The position numbers were made by a program, and so were the translations under genes. DNA of 64,000 nucleotides, taken from the human T2T-CHM13v2.0 reference genome, Homo sapiens. The DNA lies in the NCBI RefSeq assembly GCF_009914755.1, contig NC_060926.1. One strand, 5' to 3'. The notes under the pieces are model-generated. The model did no database searches. It was not told the DNA's origin and saw only the letters and a program-made list of their open reading frames with translations. Shown here one piece after another: positions 1-13,036 of the stretch; position 1 is the stretch's first letter; every line of letters begins with the position of its first letter.

Positions 1-239
1 TAGCCTCATTGTTAAGCAATGCAGATTGTACTATGTCCTAACTCTCGAGTTGTCTACCAAAATTTTGACCCACTGCCTTTCCTGATCTTGTAACTATCTC
101 ATAGAGTCATTGCATTTTTTCTGCTACCTTTGTAGTCATAGTGACACCATCCAGGTGTAATAACAATTCAAGGAATAGGGAAATAACTTATTTTTTAAAC
201 CAGCGTGCCTACCATGAACCTTATCAGAAGAATGTTTTT

Positions 240-350
240 CCTACTGCTTTACAGCTGAAAACCATGGCTCATAGAGATTAAATAATTTACCCAGAGTCAG
301 ATAGCTAAATATATGGTATATGGGATTTTAACCCAGTTTTGTCTGACAAA
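240..350 (-). mobile_element. MIR SINE fragment
   Basis: Degenerate match to the reverse complement of the MIR core (ttacagctgaaaa...agagattaaataatttacccagagtca...gggattttaacccag). Confidence 0.7.
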
Positions 351-1654
351 AAGGGGGAAAAAGCCTCCTTTTCTCTCTTTACCACAGTAGTTTGGCAACT
401 TACTTATAGGCTCACATCCAGGAAAGCTTAAGCTAAAGCTGTGATTTGAGGACTAGTAAAGGTTTACACTTGCCTATTTTAACCATTAATTTATGACCTT
501 CATACCAAGAAAAGATTTTAAGCAGTTGTAAATCAACTTAAAGCATCTAGGAAGAAAATCATGTGTTGATGGTATTATATTAATAGTTATTTTGCCTCCC
601 AAATTTCTAGTTTATCCAATGTTTTGAGTAAATATAACAATAACAATACAAGGGTCACTTCAAACAAAAAAGTATAAAACTTCAGTCCTTCTGTTTCAAC
701 TTGTAAGTTTAAGATTTCATCTCCTTTCTGGGCAAGAAGAAAACTTTTGTTTTTATTTTTACTAAAAATAATAATCATGGATAAAATGATACAGTTTAAA
801 AGGATTGGCTCTTATTCCATCTTTGGAATTTCTCACTCCAGACAATCCTTTCTCTCTTGGCAAAATATGACATAATGATTTGAAAGAAAGAAAGAAAAAA
901 CACTTAAGTGTTTCAGGCCAGAAGTTAATTGAATAAGACCTTGGATTCCGAAGAGTTTGTGTTTTATGGTTGATTAACTTGTTTTAATACCAAAAAATGC
1001 TTAGGAAACCCAATTATCATGCCACTTAATCTGAGTTATTGGCTGATTTCTGCTAGTTTCTGGATGTCTTATTGACCAAGTTCCATTTCGTACTATGATA
1101 TACAAGAGAAACTGAGCTTCAGTTTGGAAAGAAAGATTTAGGTTCAACATATGAACAATGGCCCCAAAACAGAAAGAATAAATTCTTAGATTCATAAATC
1201 GGATAACTTGAGCTTGTAATTTCCAGTTACCAACATATTCCTTGCCCGAAGAATAGGATGAACAGTGTGAGAAAATGAAGACCCTAATATTTTTCTATAC
1301 TTGGCCTATTTTTTACTAGTGTGATTATTACCACCTCATTGTTGTCTTTTCACTTGTTTAAAATAAATATGTCAAAGCCAGATGCCTGGTTATAAAGAAA
1401 GAAGGGAGAAGGGGAAATAACTGAAATCATTATACCTTATTCTGGAGCCTACTGGCAACACTATAAAGAATGACTTGCCATTGACATGCACGTGCTACTA
1501 GTTCTGTCTCTACCAAAAAAAAAAAAAAAAAAAAAAACCCTACTCTTCTATTAGCTGGCCATCTTTCTTTACATGCTGGAGGGAGGTAAGAAGCGGGGAG
1601 AAACATAGGCCTCCTAAAGGACTGTTGGAAATTCTTACATAACCCTTTAAAATA

Positions 1655-1810
1655 AGAGTTCTTAACTTAATCTGAGCTCCACAGATGAGCTTCTAACCCA
1701 CAGTTGTTTGCAAAATCATGCTACACATTTTTCTGAGGAAAGATTTCATGAAATTTATCAGATTTTCATGAAACTCTGTGACCCATAAAAAAATAAGTTA
1801 AGAACCAGTG
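1655..1810. mobile_element. hAT-Charlie-type DNA transposon (MITE) remnant
   Basis: Ends resemble Charlie terminal inverted repeats (gagttcttaac ... gttaagaaccagtg). Confidence 0.55.
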
Positions 1811-1814
1811 CTCC

Positions 1815-2182
<368 letters not shown>

Positions 2183-2639
2183 TCAGGGAATCAAGGGGAC
2201 TAAAGGGATGACAGGTAGAAAAGGGGAAGAATGAGCCATGGCTTCTTGCCTAGTACAAGTGGAGGCAACATTAGACCATAGCTTTCAAGTACAGAATTGT
2301 ACAAAACTGAGTTCACAGATGGGCTGAAATGAAAGCAGCTTTCATAACCCTCAGGTTTGCCACTTCTCAGGTAAATAATGCAGAATCATATGTAGGGTTG
2401 CTCCTAAATATTTGAAGCAAGGCACTGAAACCTGTGTATTACTGAGATCTATAGGTTTAACCTGATTGATATTTTCCATGTATATTTAACTGAGTGACTT
2501 CTATATGCCAAGTATAATATCAAACACTAAAGATATGCTGGTGAGCTGAACAGGAATTAGAAGGAAAGAATAAGCAAGACTTGATTCAGCCAAACTTGCA
2601 AGGGAATTGGGATACAATGAAATCTCTTATTACCACAAA

Positions 2640-2780
2640 ACCATAGAATTTTGGAACTAGAAGAAAACTTGATGATTACCTAGTTCAGTCCTCCTATTTT
2701 CTAAGGACTTTGTTCAGGGTCATTCAGTTCAAGTGGCAATACTGGGATTGAATCCTACGTATTCTTTCATCTAGCCCATT
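2640..2780 (-). mobile_element. MIR3/MIR fragment
   Basis: catagaattttggaactagaag...cctagttcagtcctcctatttt...gtggcaatactgggattgaatcc resembles the MIR3 reverse strand. Confidence 0.55.
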
Positions 2781-2958
2781 TATCTACCCTCTATTTTAAA
2801 TTGTGTCTCCATAACCTATCTATACCCTTTTATTTCTAGAGTCAACCAATTTCAAAAATCCCTTCAGCCTCCCAAATACCTAGATGCCAATAGAGAATCC
2901 CTCAAAATCCCCATTCCACATACCAAGAAGAAAGAAAATTTAGAATTTATTGTAAAGT

Positions 2959-3033
2959 ATACAATTGGTTGGTATCAATATACCAACCAATACAATTGGT
3001 CTGTATCAATATACCAACCAATACAATTGGTCT
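2959..3033. repeat. 31-bp tandem repeat (~2.4 copies) containing a 12-bp perfect hairpin
   Basis: atacaattggt recurs at 2959, 2990 and 3021; attggttggtat (2964-2975) and ataccaaccaat (2980-2991) are exact reverse complements. Confidence 0.95.
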
Positions 3034-3195
3034 TGATGATGAGGGCGAACAAGTTATTGATGATGATGATGATGACAATACTGTTACTAATGATCATGGC
3101 ACCTAACATTTTCAGCTTGCTTAAGATTAGATACTCATACTCGTCCTCTTAGAGGTCATGATTTTCACTATATAACATGGACATTCTAATTCAGG
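3029..3195. repeat. Local duplicated segment: inverted copy of 3874-3963 joined to a direct copy of 3969-4048
   Basis: Manual alignment; the direct part has 9 mismatches in 80 bp, and the inverted part aligns with small indels. Confidence 0.93.
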
Positions 3196-3769
3196 TATAT
3201 TGATACCAAACAATTACAAACTTAGAAAATTTTCAATATTGAAATCCAGCTTTTACTCAGAAAAAGAAGCATCTCTGGCTCTTTAAAATTACAGTCTCAA
3301 CTGGTCCACTCGCTCATGATGTCATATACAGTTTGACGTTGTCTGGGCAAGCTGGTAAACATACTGCTTCCTCCATTGTTTAATTCCCTTCCCTGAGTGA
3401 GATCCTTAGGCAACCAGGCTTCATTAGTTCAGGTGCTAGCCTCAGGGAACTACTTGTTTTAATTAGAGGGATGAAATGGCATTTTAATTGTGCACAATGA
3501 TTAATAAACATGCTGAGCTGCTGCATAATGATCTGCTGCTTGAAGAGCTTTCTCCCTTATTCCTGATATCTACATCCATTAACTGATTGTTATCCAGGTG
3601 AAGAGCTATCGAGCTCTTTCTCCAACCAAATTGCACACTGTCTGTCCTCCAATTTTTCTGCTAATAACAATTATTGGAACTAAGTCCCATTAATTTTTGT
3701 GGTAACAGAGAGACAAGACTAAAATGGAGAGAGCTTACAAAGTGCTATATTGCCTATGTAATTTATTTC

Positions 3770-3905
3770 ACTGAACTTTCCTGTAAAAGGGAGATAATAA
3801 TATGACCAATCTGACAGGGCATTGCATAGATTAAATGAGATAATGTATGCAAAGCTGGCCCAGAGAAGGCACCCTGAAAATGTTAGGTGCCATGATCATT
3901 AGTAG
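3770..3905 (+). mobile_element. MIR 3' half
   Basis: ctgtaaaagggagataataata...agattaaatgagataatgtatgcaaag...aaatgttag follows the MIR consensus order. Confidence 0.7.
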
Positions 3906-4851
3906 TAGTATTGTCATCATCATCAATAACTTCTTCATCCTCATCAGTTTCATCATCAAGACCATAATCTTCCTCAAGATTAGATACTCATATATTTCCT
4001 CTTAGAGGTCATAATGTTCAGTATATAACATGGACATTCTAATTCAGGGATCATTTTCTAAGGGGTGGTGGTTGACTGAAGATTTTCCCAATTTCTCCTT
4101 TATGTTGTATGAAAGTAGTTTGGAATGACTTATGGGAAATGTGTGCAAAGAAAGTCACATATTATACAGACTTAATATCACCCCCTCAGTAGTTAAATAA
4201 AATACTTGCTGCATGTCTGAACTTCAATGAAAACAGAAACTAAAGAACTAGATGATAAAGTGACTTCCGCTACAAAGCTTCACCTGCTTGGCATTTGTAA
4301 TACTTTTATTGGCTACCATTGTAGTTTGGTGACTCCTTACAGCATTACAGCTTTTTTCTCTAGTTGCGGACACTAGTATATTGTTTGTTTTGTGTTTCCT
4401 GGAAATTGTTCCTCAAGGTCATATATCTATCTCCAAATCTTTGACTTTACTTGATTTGAGGGAAATAATTCTGGAGGAAACCGAGGGGAGCCGCCACAAT
4501 TCACTATTTGTAAATGGTTATTGTGATGTTGGATATTACACAATTGATCCTATTTCTTAGCTTGAATTATTAAAGACACTATTTTTAAAATAGGCCAGCT
4601 GTTCTACTGACGTACTTATCTGTATTTTTTTGACATATTACCATAACTGCACACCAATACAACTCACTTATGCCCAAGAAAAGTAGTTATGACTGAGCAT
4701 GTTAAAAGCTAAATATAAAACCACTTTCTCTCCCACAAAATATTAAGGATTTCATAGAAACAAGTCTGCCCCACTGAAGATGGCTTCCTGTACACAGAGT
4801 CATTATGGTTCAGTGAAGCAGATATGATTGATTACACAGGCCAAATTTTAC

Positions 4852-4992
4852 CTTGCCTCCAGGGCGCTCCTAATTCTTGTTGTTATTTCCTTTAAAGGCA
4901 CACAATTGTCTGCAAGAGTCAAAGGGGAAAGGTGAATGAACTCTTTTGGCCATGGCAGAGCAGAGAGAAGGGTTTTGGAATAGACACTGAAC
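4852..4992 (-). other. Candidate internal exon (141 nt; open in the phase-2/phase-2 frame)
   Basis: Minus strand: cctctttttctttctgcactgtcttagatatttcag|GTTCAG...GAGGCAAG|gtaaaa. Pyrimidine tract plus CAG acceptor and AAG|gt donor; length is a multiple of 3. Confidence 0.45.
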
Positions 4993-5124
4993 CTGAAATA
5001 TCTAAGACAGTGCAGAAAGAAAAAGAGGACTGAATGCATTTTCATATTTTCCTATTTCCTAGCAAGGAAGTCTTTAAAATCATTCACCTGAAGTTCCACT
5101 AATATATATATATATATACACTTA

Positions 5125-5822
5125 TTATAATGGCCAACATTAAAAACACTGACCATATGAAATATTGTTGAGGATGTGGAGAAACAAACTCTCAAACACG
5201 GCAAGTGGTGCGCTACATTTTACCAACAGTGCCGAGATTTCTGCAGGGGAGTGGAGCGCAAGAGTAAGATGCTACAACATTTTTGGAAAATAGTTCTGCA
5301 CTTTCTTAAAAAGTTAAACATGCAACTACTAGGCAATCCAGCATTCCACTCCTCTGCATTAACCCAAGAAATGAGAGCAGGCGTCCATACAAAGACTTTG
5401 ACACAAATATTCATAGTAGCTTTATCGGCAATCACCAAAAATAAAAAGCCAAAATGTTCCTTCTTAACAAGGGAACAGATAAACAAATTATTGTACATCT
5501 AATGAAATACTACTCAGAATGAGAAAAGAATGAATGATTGATCCATGCAATAACAAAGATGTATCTTAGTTAGACAAAAACTGATATCTGTGATGGCAGA
5601 AAACAGTGCAGAGATTTCTTCAGGGCAGTGGAGTGCAAGAGTGGCTATAAAGGAGCATGAGGAAACTCTTGGGAATGATGAATATGTTTGTTATCTTGAT
5701 TGCAGTTAGTTTCATGGGTGTATATCATGTCAAAAACCAAATTGCACACTTTAAATACATACAGTTTAGTGAATGTCAATTATATTTCAATGAAACTGTT
5801 ATGAAACTGTTAAAATAAATAA
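5125..5822 (+). mobile_element. Old L1 (L1M-type) 3' region
   Basis: ORF2 C-terminus and 3'UTR-like text (gaggatgtggagaaa...aaaaagttaaacatgcaacta...cagcattccactcct...tcatagtagctttat...cactttaaa...tcaattatatttcaat). Confidence 0.85.
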
Positions 5823-6275
5823 ATCGCTTTCTTGAAATTTTTTGAGCATAGTTATCTGTTCTAATGGGACTGGTTACAATACACTGTATTAATCTTTGGT
5901 GAATATATACATAGATATATGTTTTTCTATTAAAGGCTATCAATGTAAAGAGATGGGTTCAATAAACCAATGCCATTATGTCAGTATAGACACAATCAGA
6001 ATATTAGGAAGACTTTTCTCAAGTAAACAACTATAGCACTAAAAACATAGCTATGTAAAGACGCTTGTTGTAAACTCTTTGACCATTTGGGATGTTTCGA
6101 ATAACCAGCTAGTAGTATTGTACTAAATTAAGGCCTTAGATTATTTTTCTGATTTTCTCTCCAATGCTAGAAGAGCTATGAGGAGAGATTTTCTGGAGTA
6201 TCCAACTTAGTACCCCCCCTACTATTCTCAGCCCAACCCCTTGGCATAGCAGTCAGTCAATCCTAGCTGCAGATT

Positions 6276-6305
6276 TGCTGACTCAGTGCTGATTTCCATG
6301 AGTCA
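6276..6305. promoter_or_regulatory. Paired AP-1 motifs, one in a MAF/NFE2-like context
   Basis: TGCTGACTCAGTG (6276-6288) and TGAGTCA (6299-6305). Confidence 0.3.
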
Positions 6306-6959
6306 ATCTATTAATGAATTCTTTATAATGAATTCTTTATTACCAATGATTTTTTTCTTTATACAGCTTACCTTTGGTCTTCTCAACCTCACCTGAATTT
6401 CCTTCCCATTTCTCTGTAGCCTTTACCATGTTGAGTTATTACAGAGCAGTTTAAGAATATTCATTGAATAAATGTCTACATTTTAAATGTACTATTTCTT
6501 TCAAAATATCCCAAGCTCTCAACACCTACAATAAAATAAAATGACTCTCAAAAAACGGTTTGTGAGAAATTTACTAACTTGGTAAAGAAAGGCTATTTAA
6601 ACATAATGTAGACCAACATATATTCATCTAACTGTCAAGCCAGATGTGCATATATTTATATTACTACTAAATTTATATTATTTATGAATATTCTTTAATA
6701 ATCAAGAAGCCATCGATTATAATATTTTAGGTAAATCTATACTAATTGATTAGGTTCATGTTATTTTTCTATCTTTGTTAGGAATGCAGCACATTTATTG
6801 AGTGCTTATTAATAAAAACTATCAGAACAATAGTTAAAAATGATTTGTGTGATGAAAGAAAGAAAAGAGACAAAAAAGAGAAAGGAATTGTATCTGTACT
6901 TACTTTTCTACTTTATCAGTTGTAACATGCACTGTTTGGATTATTTTAGATTCCCCACT

Positions 6960-7090
6960 TTAGTTCTTAATCTTGGCTGCACCTTTCAGATTCGCCTGAT
7001 CTTGAAAAAGTATTGAATGTCTGGGTCTCACTCCAGACCAATTGAATGAGAATATATGGGAATAGGGCCAAGGACTGATGATTTTGATGC
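6960..7090. mobile_element. MER5-family hAT MITE fragment
   Basis: gttcttaatcttggctgcac...gtctgggtctcactccagaccaattgaatgagaat. Confidence 0.6.
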
Positions 7091-7244
7091 AAAGAGGGAT
7101 TTGTAAACTCTCTCTTAAAATGTGCAAATTAATAACACATTATTAGGGTGGCCCTAATCTTCTCGTCAGGTATTGATATTTATTTGATGTCAGCTTTCCT
7201 CTTATTCTCCGGCCGTTTTGTCTATCATATCCACCATGACTTAC

Positions 7245-7299
7245 ATTTTGGCAGCCTTCTGGTTCTTCCCTCAGTCAGCTTCCTCACTCCAGCAGAGCC
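7245..7299 (-). other. Candidate internal exon (55 nt) ending in ...CCAAAAT|gtaagt
   Basis: Minus strand: actgctttcttatag|GGCTCTGCTGG...GCTGCCAAAAT|gtaagt. Consensus donor and purine-rich exon body. Confidence 0.5.
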
Positions 7300-7844
7300 C
7301 TATAAGAAAGCAGTCATAGTAAGCAGTGGAGACTTTGATGAAGACGTTGCAGGAGAATCAGGATAGTTTGTATCACATATCTTACAACCACATGACACTT
7401 GCCACACTCCAAAGTCCTGTTTTCCTTAATACAATTGAGATTTTTTTTTTCTACTGAACCATCATTTTATGGAAGAAAACGTAGAACAAGTTTCCAAAGC
7501 AATTCACCTCCACCCCAAACCTGTATACTCCCAGGCAAAAACAGAAGGTCATGTAGTTAATTAATAGGTCTTCCCACTTTTAGAAAACATTTTAATCACC
7601 ATGTTATTATTTGAGCATGCCTTTGACTGCTATACTCCAAGTGGCTTATCAAAAGCTTCTCCCAAACACACTTAATCATCTCCACAAGAGGAACCTTGGT
7701 ACCATCTGGTAAGGTAATAAAATAGTCTTCATATCATTTTATGGACATATATTCATGCTGACCAAAACTTACTTAAGAAAAAATAAAGGTTACTCTTATG
7801 TTAAGAAAAGCAAATAATTCAGAGCTGGAAAAGGGAACAGTGAC

Positions 7845-8060
7845 AGCAGAGTAGGGTCACTATAGTTAACAACAATGTATTGTATATTTCAAAATACCTA
7901 AGAGAGAGGACTTGAAATGTTCCTAACACATAGAAATGAATATTGAGGTGATGGATACCCCAAATACCATAATTTATCATTATATATTCTACGCATGTAA
8001 TAAAATATCACATATACCTCATATATATGTATAAATACTATGTATCAGTAAAAAAAAATT
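7845..8060 (+). mobile_element. L1MA-type 3' end
   Basis: gtagggtcactatagttaacaacaatgtattgtatatttcaaaata...gaggtgatggatacccc...A-rich tail. Confidence 0.85.
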
Positions 8061-8224
8061 TAATTTTAAAAATGGAATAGGAAAGAGATTAACAAAACAA
8101 GTACAGCTGCCAAAAAATGAAGCCAGAAAGGATAGAATGGAAGCAACTAGTGTCAATCTTTTAGTTCACAATCAATAGTTTTAGAGTTCCAACGTGGATT
8201 TATATTTATTAAACTTGGGGTACC

Positions 8225-8490
8225 ATCCCCAGTGACACTGATTAAGTAGGTCTGGGATTGGACCAAAACTGACATTTTTCCCAGCTCCCATAGGATTCTG
8301 ATGCAGATCATTGACACACCTCATTTTGGGATTTCAAACTGTAAAGTGCAAAAGAATCATCTGAGGATCTTGGTGAGATTCAGATTGCACTAATGGTAAT
8401 GTGTAAGGATGAGGCCTGAGATTCTGCATTTCTAACAGGGTGCTGCCAATTATATGACCCATGTGTCACACCTTTATGTCAAGGTAGTAG
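8225..8490. mobile_element. MER5-family fragments
   Basis: gattaagtaggtctgggattgg...ggattctgatgca and ggcctgagattctgcatttctaaca. Confidence 0.55.
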
Positions 8491-8731
8491 GATTTTGAAA
8501 ATTGGGTTTGGGTGTGTTATAAACATGATTTGGATTGGGCTCCATAAAAGATTATTTCATTGAAAAATCTCTGGGATTTCTTGCGTTGCCCAGTGCATCT
8601 CTTCTCTGCCCTGGCCCAATTCTTAAGATTTGCTCCCCATTATAGAGTTAGTTAAGCTACAATTAACAACTGTGGATTCAATAAGTCCTTCTCTTTCCTT
8701 ATTTAAAATAGATTTGGTTATCATCTGTGAT

Positions 8732-8944
8732 AGTAATTGGTAAACTACTACAGGCAGGCCAATCTGGCTGCTGCCTCTTGTTGTAAATAAAGTATTATTG
8801 AACACTACCACATCCATTTGTTTACATATTACCAATGGCTGCTTTCCTACCATAATGGCAGAGTTGAGTAGTTACCATAGAAGCCGTGCAGTTGACAAGA
8901 TGATATACTATCTGGTTCTTTACAAAAAATTTTGATGATCCTTG
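8732..8944. mobile_element. MER58A hAT MITE
   Basis: ggtaaacta...ggccaatctggc...gtaaataaagt...atggcagagttgagtagtt...ctttacaaaaaattttg. Confidence 0.8.
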
Positions 8945-9506
8945 GCCTATGACAATTCACAGTCTTCTAAGCTTCATTTTCTGCAATTAACCCAGAAGTA
9001 TTTTTAGCACAAGATGTAGTAAAAGAAAAGGAGGAAACCTTTTTTATTAATTCTGAGGTTTTCTGCAGAGCTCAGGAATTTGTTTCTCTTGCCTTCTACA
9101 ACTTAATGCACTTCATTCACTGCTGCTATTTTATTCTCTTATACATGTGTTTTGTTCTTTTATTTGATAACTAGCTATTGACTTATTAAGCTTTTAAGGG
9201 GTAATAGAGATAATCAGAGGACACAAAGATAATTTTATGTTTGGTAATGAGAAAGTCTTTATGGAGAAGATGGGAAATAACTTTGCTATTGAAAGAAAGT
9301 GTAGACATGCAATTGCAAAGAAGCAGAGAGAGGTGGGAGGATGAATAAATAAAAAGGTCAAAGTCAGAATACTCGAAAGGTATTCAATAAGCGAGGAAGT
9401 ACTCTGCATAACTATATTGGAGTGTTCATACAGGACAGCGGGACACAGGACTACACTTCAAAGCACCTTGAAAACCAGTGTAAGAATTTGCAAGAGTTCT
9501 TAGGTC

Positions 9507-9667
9507 CTTGCGACTCAGTGTGGTCTCCAAACCAGCATGGGCATGCCCTAGGACCTTCTTAGAAATGCAGATTTTCTGCCCAACCCCAGACCTACTGAAT
9601 CAGATTCTACATTTTCACAAGATCCTCAGACCATCTGCATGCCAGTTAAAGTCTGAGAAGCACTACT
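9507..9667. mobile_element. MER5A-type MITE
   Basis: ttagaaatgcagatttt...ccccagacctactgaatcaga...ttaaagtctgagaagcact. Confidence 0.8.
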
Positions 9668-9684
9668 CTAGAAGAGAACCAGTT

Positions 9685-9840
9685 ATGTAGTGGAGAAAGT
9701 GCTGGACTGGGGCTCCTGAAGATTCCAGAGCTATCGTTCACAAACCGCGTGTCTTTGGACAAATCTCTTAAAATCCCTAAGCTTGTTTGCTCATATGTGA
9801 AATGATTATATTTGAGCCTTCCAACTCTGAAACTCTATTC
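9685..9840 (+). mobile_element. MIR3/MIR fragment
   Basis: gtagtggagaaagtgctggactggg...tttggacaaatctcttaa...ccttccaactctga. Confidence 0.55.
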
Positions 9841-11720
9841 TCTCACTCAATGGACATCACCTAAAGGGAGATTGTGATATGAGGGGATATAAATACAGTT
9901 ATGCTTTAGAAAGACCAATGTAAAGACTGTTTCAACATGGATTTGAGATGGAAAAACAAAAAGAAGACAGAAACTGGAATACTAGTTAAAACACAGTGTA
10001 GAATTCTAAACCTGAGGTTGTAAAAATATACTTTTGTGTAAAATTATTTACTAGTATAGATACCTTCTTAGTATTAGCATTACATTCCATTGTCTGCATT
10101 TTTTATTACATTCATTAAACTATATGACACAGGTCATGCCACAAAAAAGTGAGAATAAGTGAGGGGAGGCAAGGGAGAGAAAATGAGAGAGAAAGGGAGA
10201 GAAAAATTGAAACCAATTTCCCAGAACCAGGCAGTAGCAAAGAAGGCCAAGCAACTCCAACAAATGTGTTTAAAAGTCATAAAATGGATTGTTTTTTAAT
10301 TGGCACTCCTTTGATATGGCTGCTATCTCTCGGATTAGAATATTGTTACAAAAGTTGTAGGGCTCTGGAAAGGAAAGTCCTCATGTCTCACTCAAAACTA
10401 GCTACAACATCAGCATTGCAAAAGGCATGAAATTATTTTTAAAGGCATGAACAAGTTGACAAAATACTGATTTTTTTACTCCCAAAGAAAATTTTACTTT
10501 AATATATTAGGTTGCCTAGTGGCTCACTAGGGGATTTATAATCTTTCTTTACTTTTTAAAAAACATTTTTATTATAAAAATTTCTTCCAGTCCACACGAA
10601 GTATCTTTAGCCATCTCTTCCAGATAAATACAGTGTCTATTTGAATTGATTGAATTCAACAGATTCATTTCATGGTTTTTTATTTATGTCCTCCCACATT
10701 TAAAATAAATAAGGTTAATACTGATAGAACAAGGTTGTATGGGTCTTAGAAGGATCTATTTTTTTTCATCACACCTCTTTTGTTCCATCTTGCTTAGCAA
10801 ATCAGATGCTAGATATATTTTGATTAGTTTGTACTTTAATGGATCATGTATGGAGGGTCCACCTTTCACATTGGGGCCATTAATTTTTCTTGAGTCTGAT
10901 GGAAAAAACAGGTAGAGCTTTTTTTGTGTGCTGATTGAAAAGTGATGGATTATTTTCATGTGGTAAGAAACACAATGTTTTCTTTAGCACAGCAGGATAT
11001 AATGTTTGCAAGGTCTAACAGTGAAATATTATGCATATCTGCCACTGGCCGGCTGCCAGAAATGGAACAGCAAAATCAGAGGAGATTTTGAATTTGAATG
11101 TTAAAACCAGTACAGCCTACAAAAAAGCTAATGAGCCATTCTAAGCAGAAAAAGCTTTTATACTAATAGATGGTGCCCGCCATACACGCCTGCATTTAAC
11201 AAGATGGTAAATAATTATTCATTTAAGTGTTACCTTGAACTTTATTTCAAGAAAAAAAAAAGATATTTATTCCTGATAATTTCCAATAGGCACTGCTGCA
11301 AGGATTTTTTTTTTTCCCCCCAATTCAGAGGCCCATGACGTTTCCTTCCTGGTGAAAGTAGAATCATTTTCCTTACAGCGTTTGTCCTCTTGTGGTTGAA
11401 AAATTGACTCAGAGAAAATTTTATTCCACCATTATTTAGTACTGAAAACTGGCATTTTCAAATCAATACCTAGAATTATGAAAAAGCTTTGAAATGTCAT
11501 AAGAAATAAATATACAAACATAATCTTAAAAGGTTGGTAAGGGGATATTTTGAATTTGCTGAATGTCTTGAGCTCCTTTGCTTTCAAAGTGAAGGACCTA
11601 GCACTGGGGATCCTTTCTGCTCTTAGTACTTATTTCTGCCATGATAACCTATTGATATATTAAGGAAAACACAATCCACATGTTCATTTATAACCAACTC
11701 ATCAAGATGTTATTTTCTAG

Positions 11721-11766
11721 AAATATTTGATATCTTAGAAAGTAAATATTTGATATCTTAGAAAGT
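11721..11766. repeat. Perfect 23-bp tandem duplication
   Basis: aaatatttgatatcttagaaagt x2. Confidence 0.9.
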
Positions 11767-13036
11767 TGGAGCCTTCTTTTCTAGGCTTTAAAATTTTATT
11801 TTATTTTATCCTGTTTTTAGGGCCAGAACATTTTATTTAGTAGGTATTGAAAGGAATTTGGGTCTATCAGGGAACTGGCTCCACTTTAAATGAAAAAGCT
11901 GCACAATCAATATGGAAAACACACTATATATTTCGAGAAAATATACATGGTATTACTACCCTCCTGTAAATGGAAAAATCCAATGGGAAGAGACGTTTGC
12001 TACATGTTGACGCCTTATGTATTTTATATTACTGTATTTCAATCTCCATTTTAAAGATGGTGTTACGACCTTAAATTATAGGCTTTCACTTTTAAGACCA
12101 TAATAATCTCCCAGTGCTGCAACTCTGCAGGGAGGGGCACTGATGCTCAGTCCCCTAGAAACATAGCGGGTGGAAGAGAAGAGAGGAAAAGCCCTGATGC
12201 ACTGTCACAGCTTGAGCTCTAAAGTCACAATTGAGACATGCTTATGACAAATCCGATCCAGCCATCCCACCACCTAAGTTACACTGCCCAGTGTTCTGTT
12301 TTCCTGGAAGCTGCATTAACTCTTCTGGTCCTCTAGGGTACTGAAAAGTAATTTACCGATACGTCACCCCAAATGGTGCTCTTGTGGTCCAAGATCTGGT
12401 CTGTGTCCAAATTGACACAAAGCCTCAAAGACCTGCTAGGAGTAGCTTATAAATTAGGGCACTATGGTTTATCTTCCAGAGACTATTTTCCAAATGTCAT
12501 GTATCACATAGTCATTTTTTATTTGCTTAATAGATTATTTTAAAGAGCTTAAGAGATCACATAGTCCATACATTAACCTGCCAACAAACCCCCAAAATCT
12601 TAATTTAAATTTAAAAAAATGAAGCCCCATAAAGTATGAAAAAGAATGTGACATAAATTCAAACGTTTCTTTTTAAGTTTGCTGCGCAACACTCACACAT
12701 GACAGGAGATGCACTCTTGGCTTAAAAAAGGAAATCAATTCTACAAGGGCTGCCCATAATATTGGAATTATGTTAATTGAATCTGTTTTGTTCAAATGGT
12801 AAAAGTTTGGCTCATTAGCTAGAAATTTACTAAAAATTGGAAATAAAAGATTGAAGAGCCTCAAAGAATATATTAGTAGAATGCTTGAGTACATAAACAA
12901 AGTAGATAATGTCAATTCTTAAAACATCTACATTTTAAACTAATATGTGAATTATGCTAGATTCAATCCAACAAAACTAATAGTGATGTTTAGCCTGCAC
13001 TGCAACTAAAAGATAATATTTAAAAGTTATAGGTAC

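Noticed and set aside
2959-3033. CRISPR-like appearance (palindromic ~31-bp period)
   Set aside because: The intervening sequences are near-identical rather than unique spacers, there are only ~2.4 units, the DNA is primate, and there are no cas genes.
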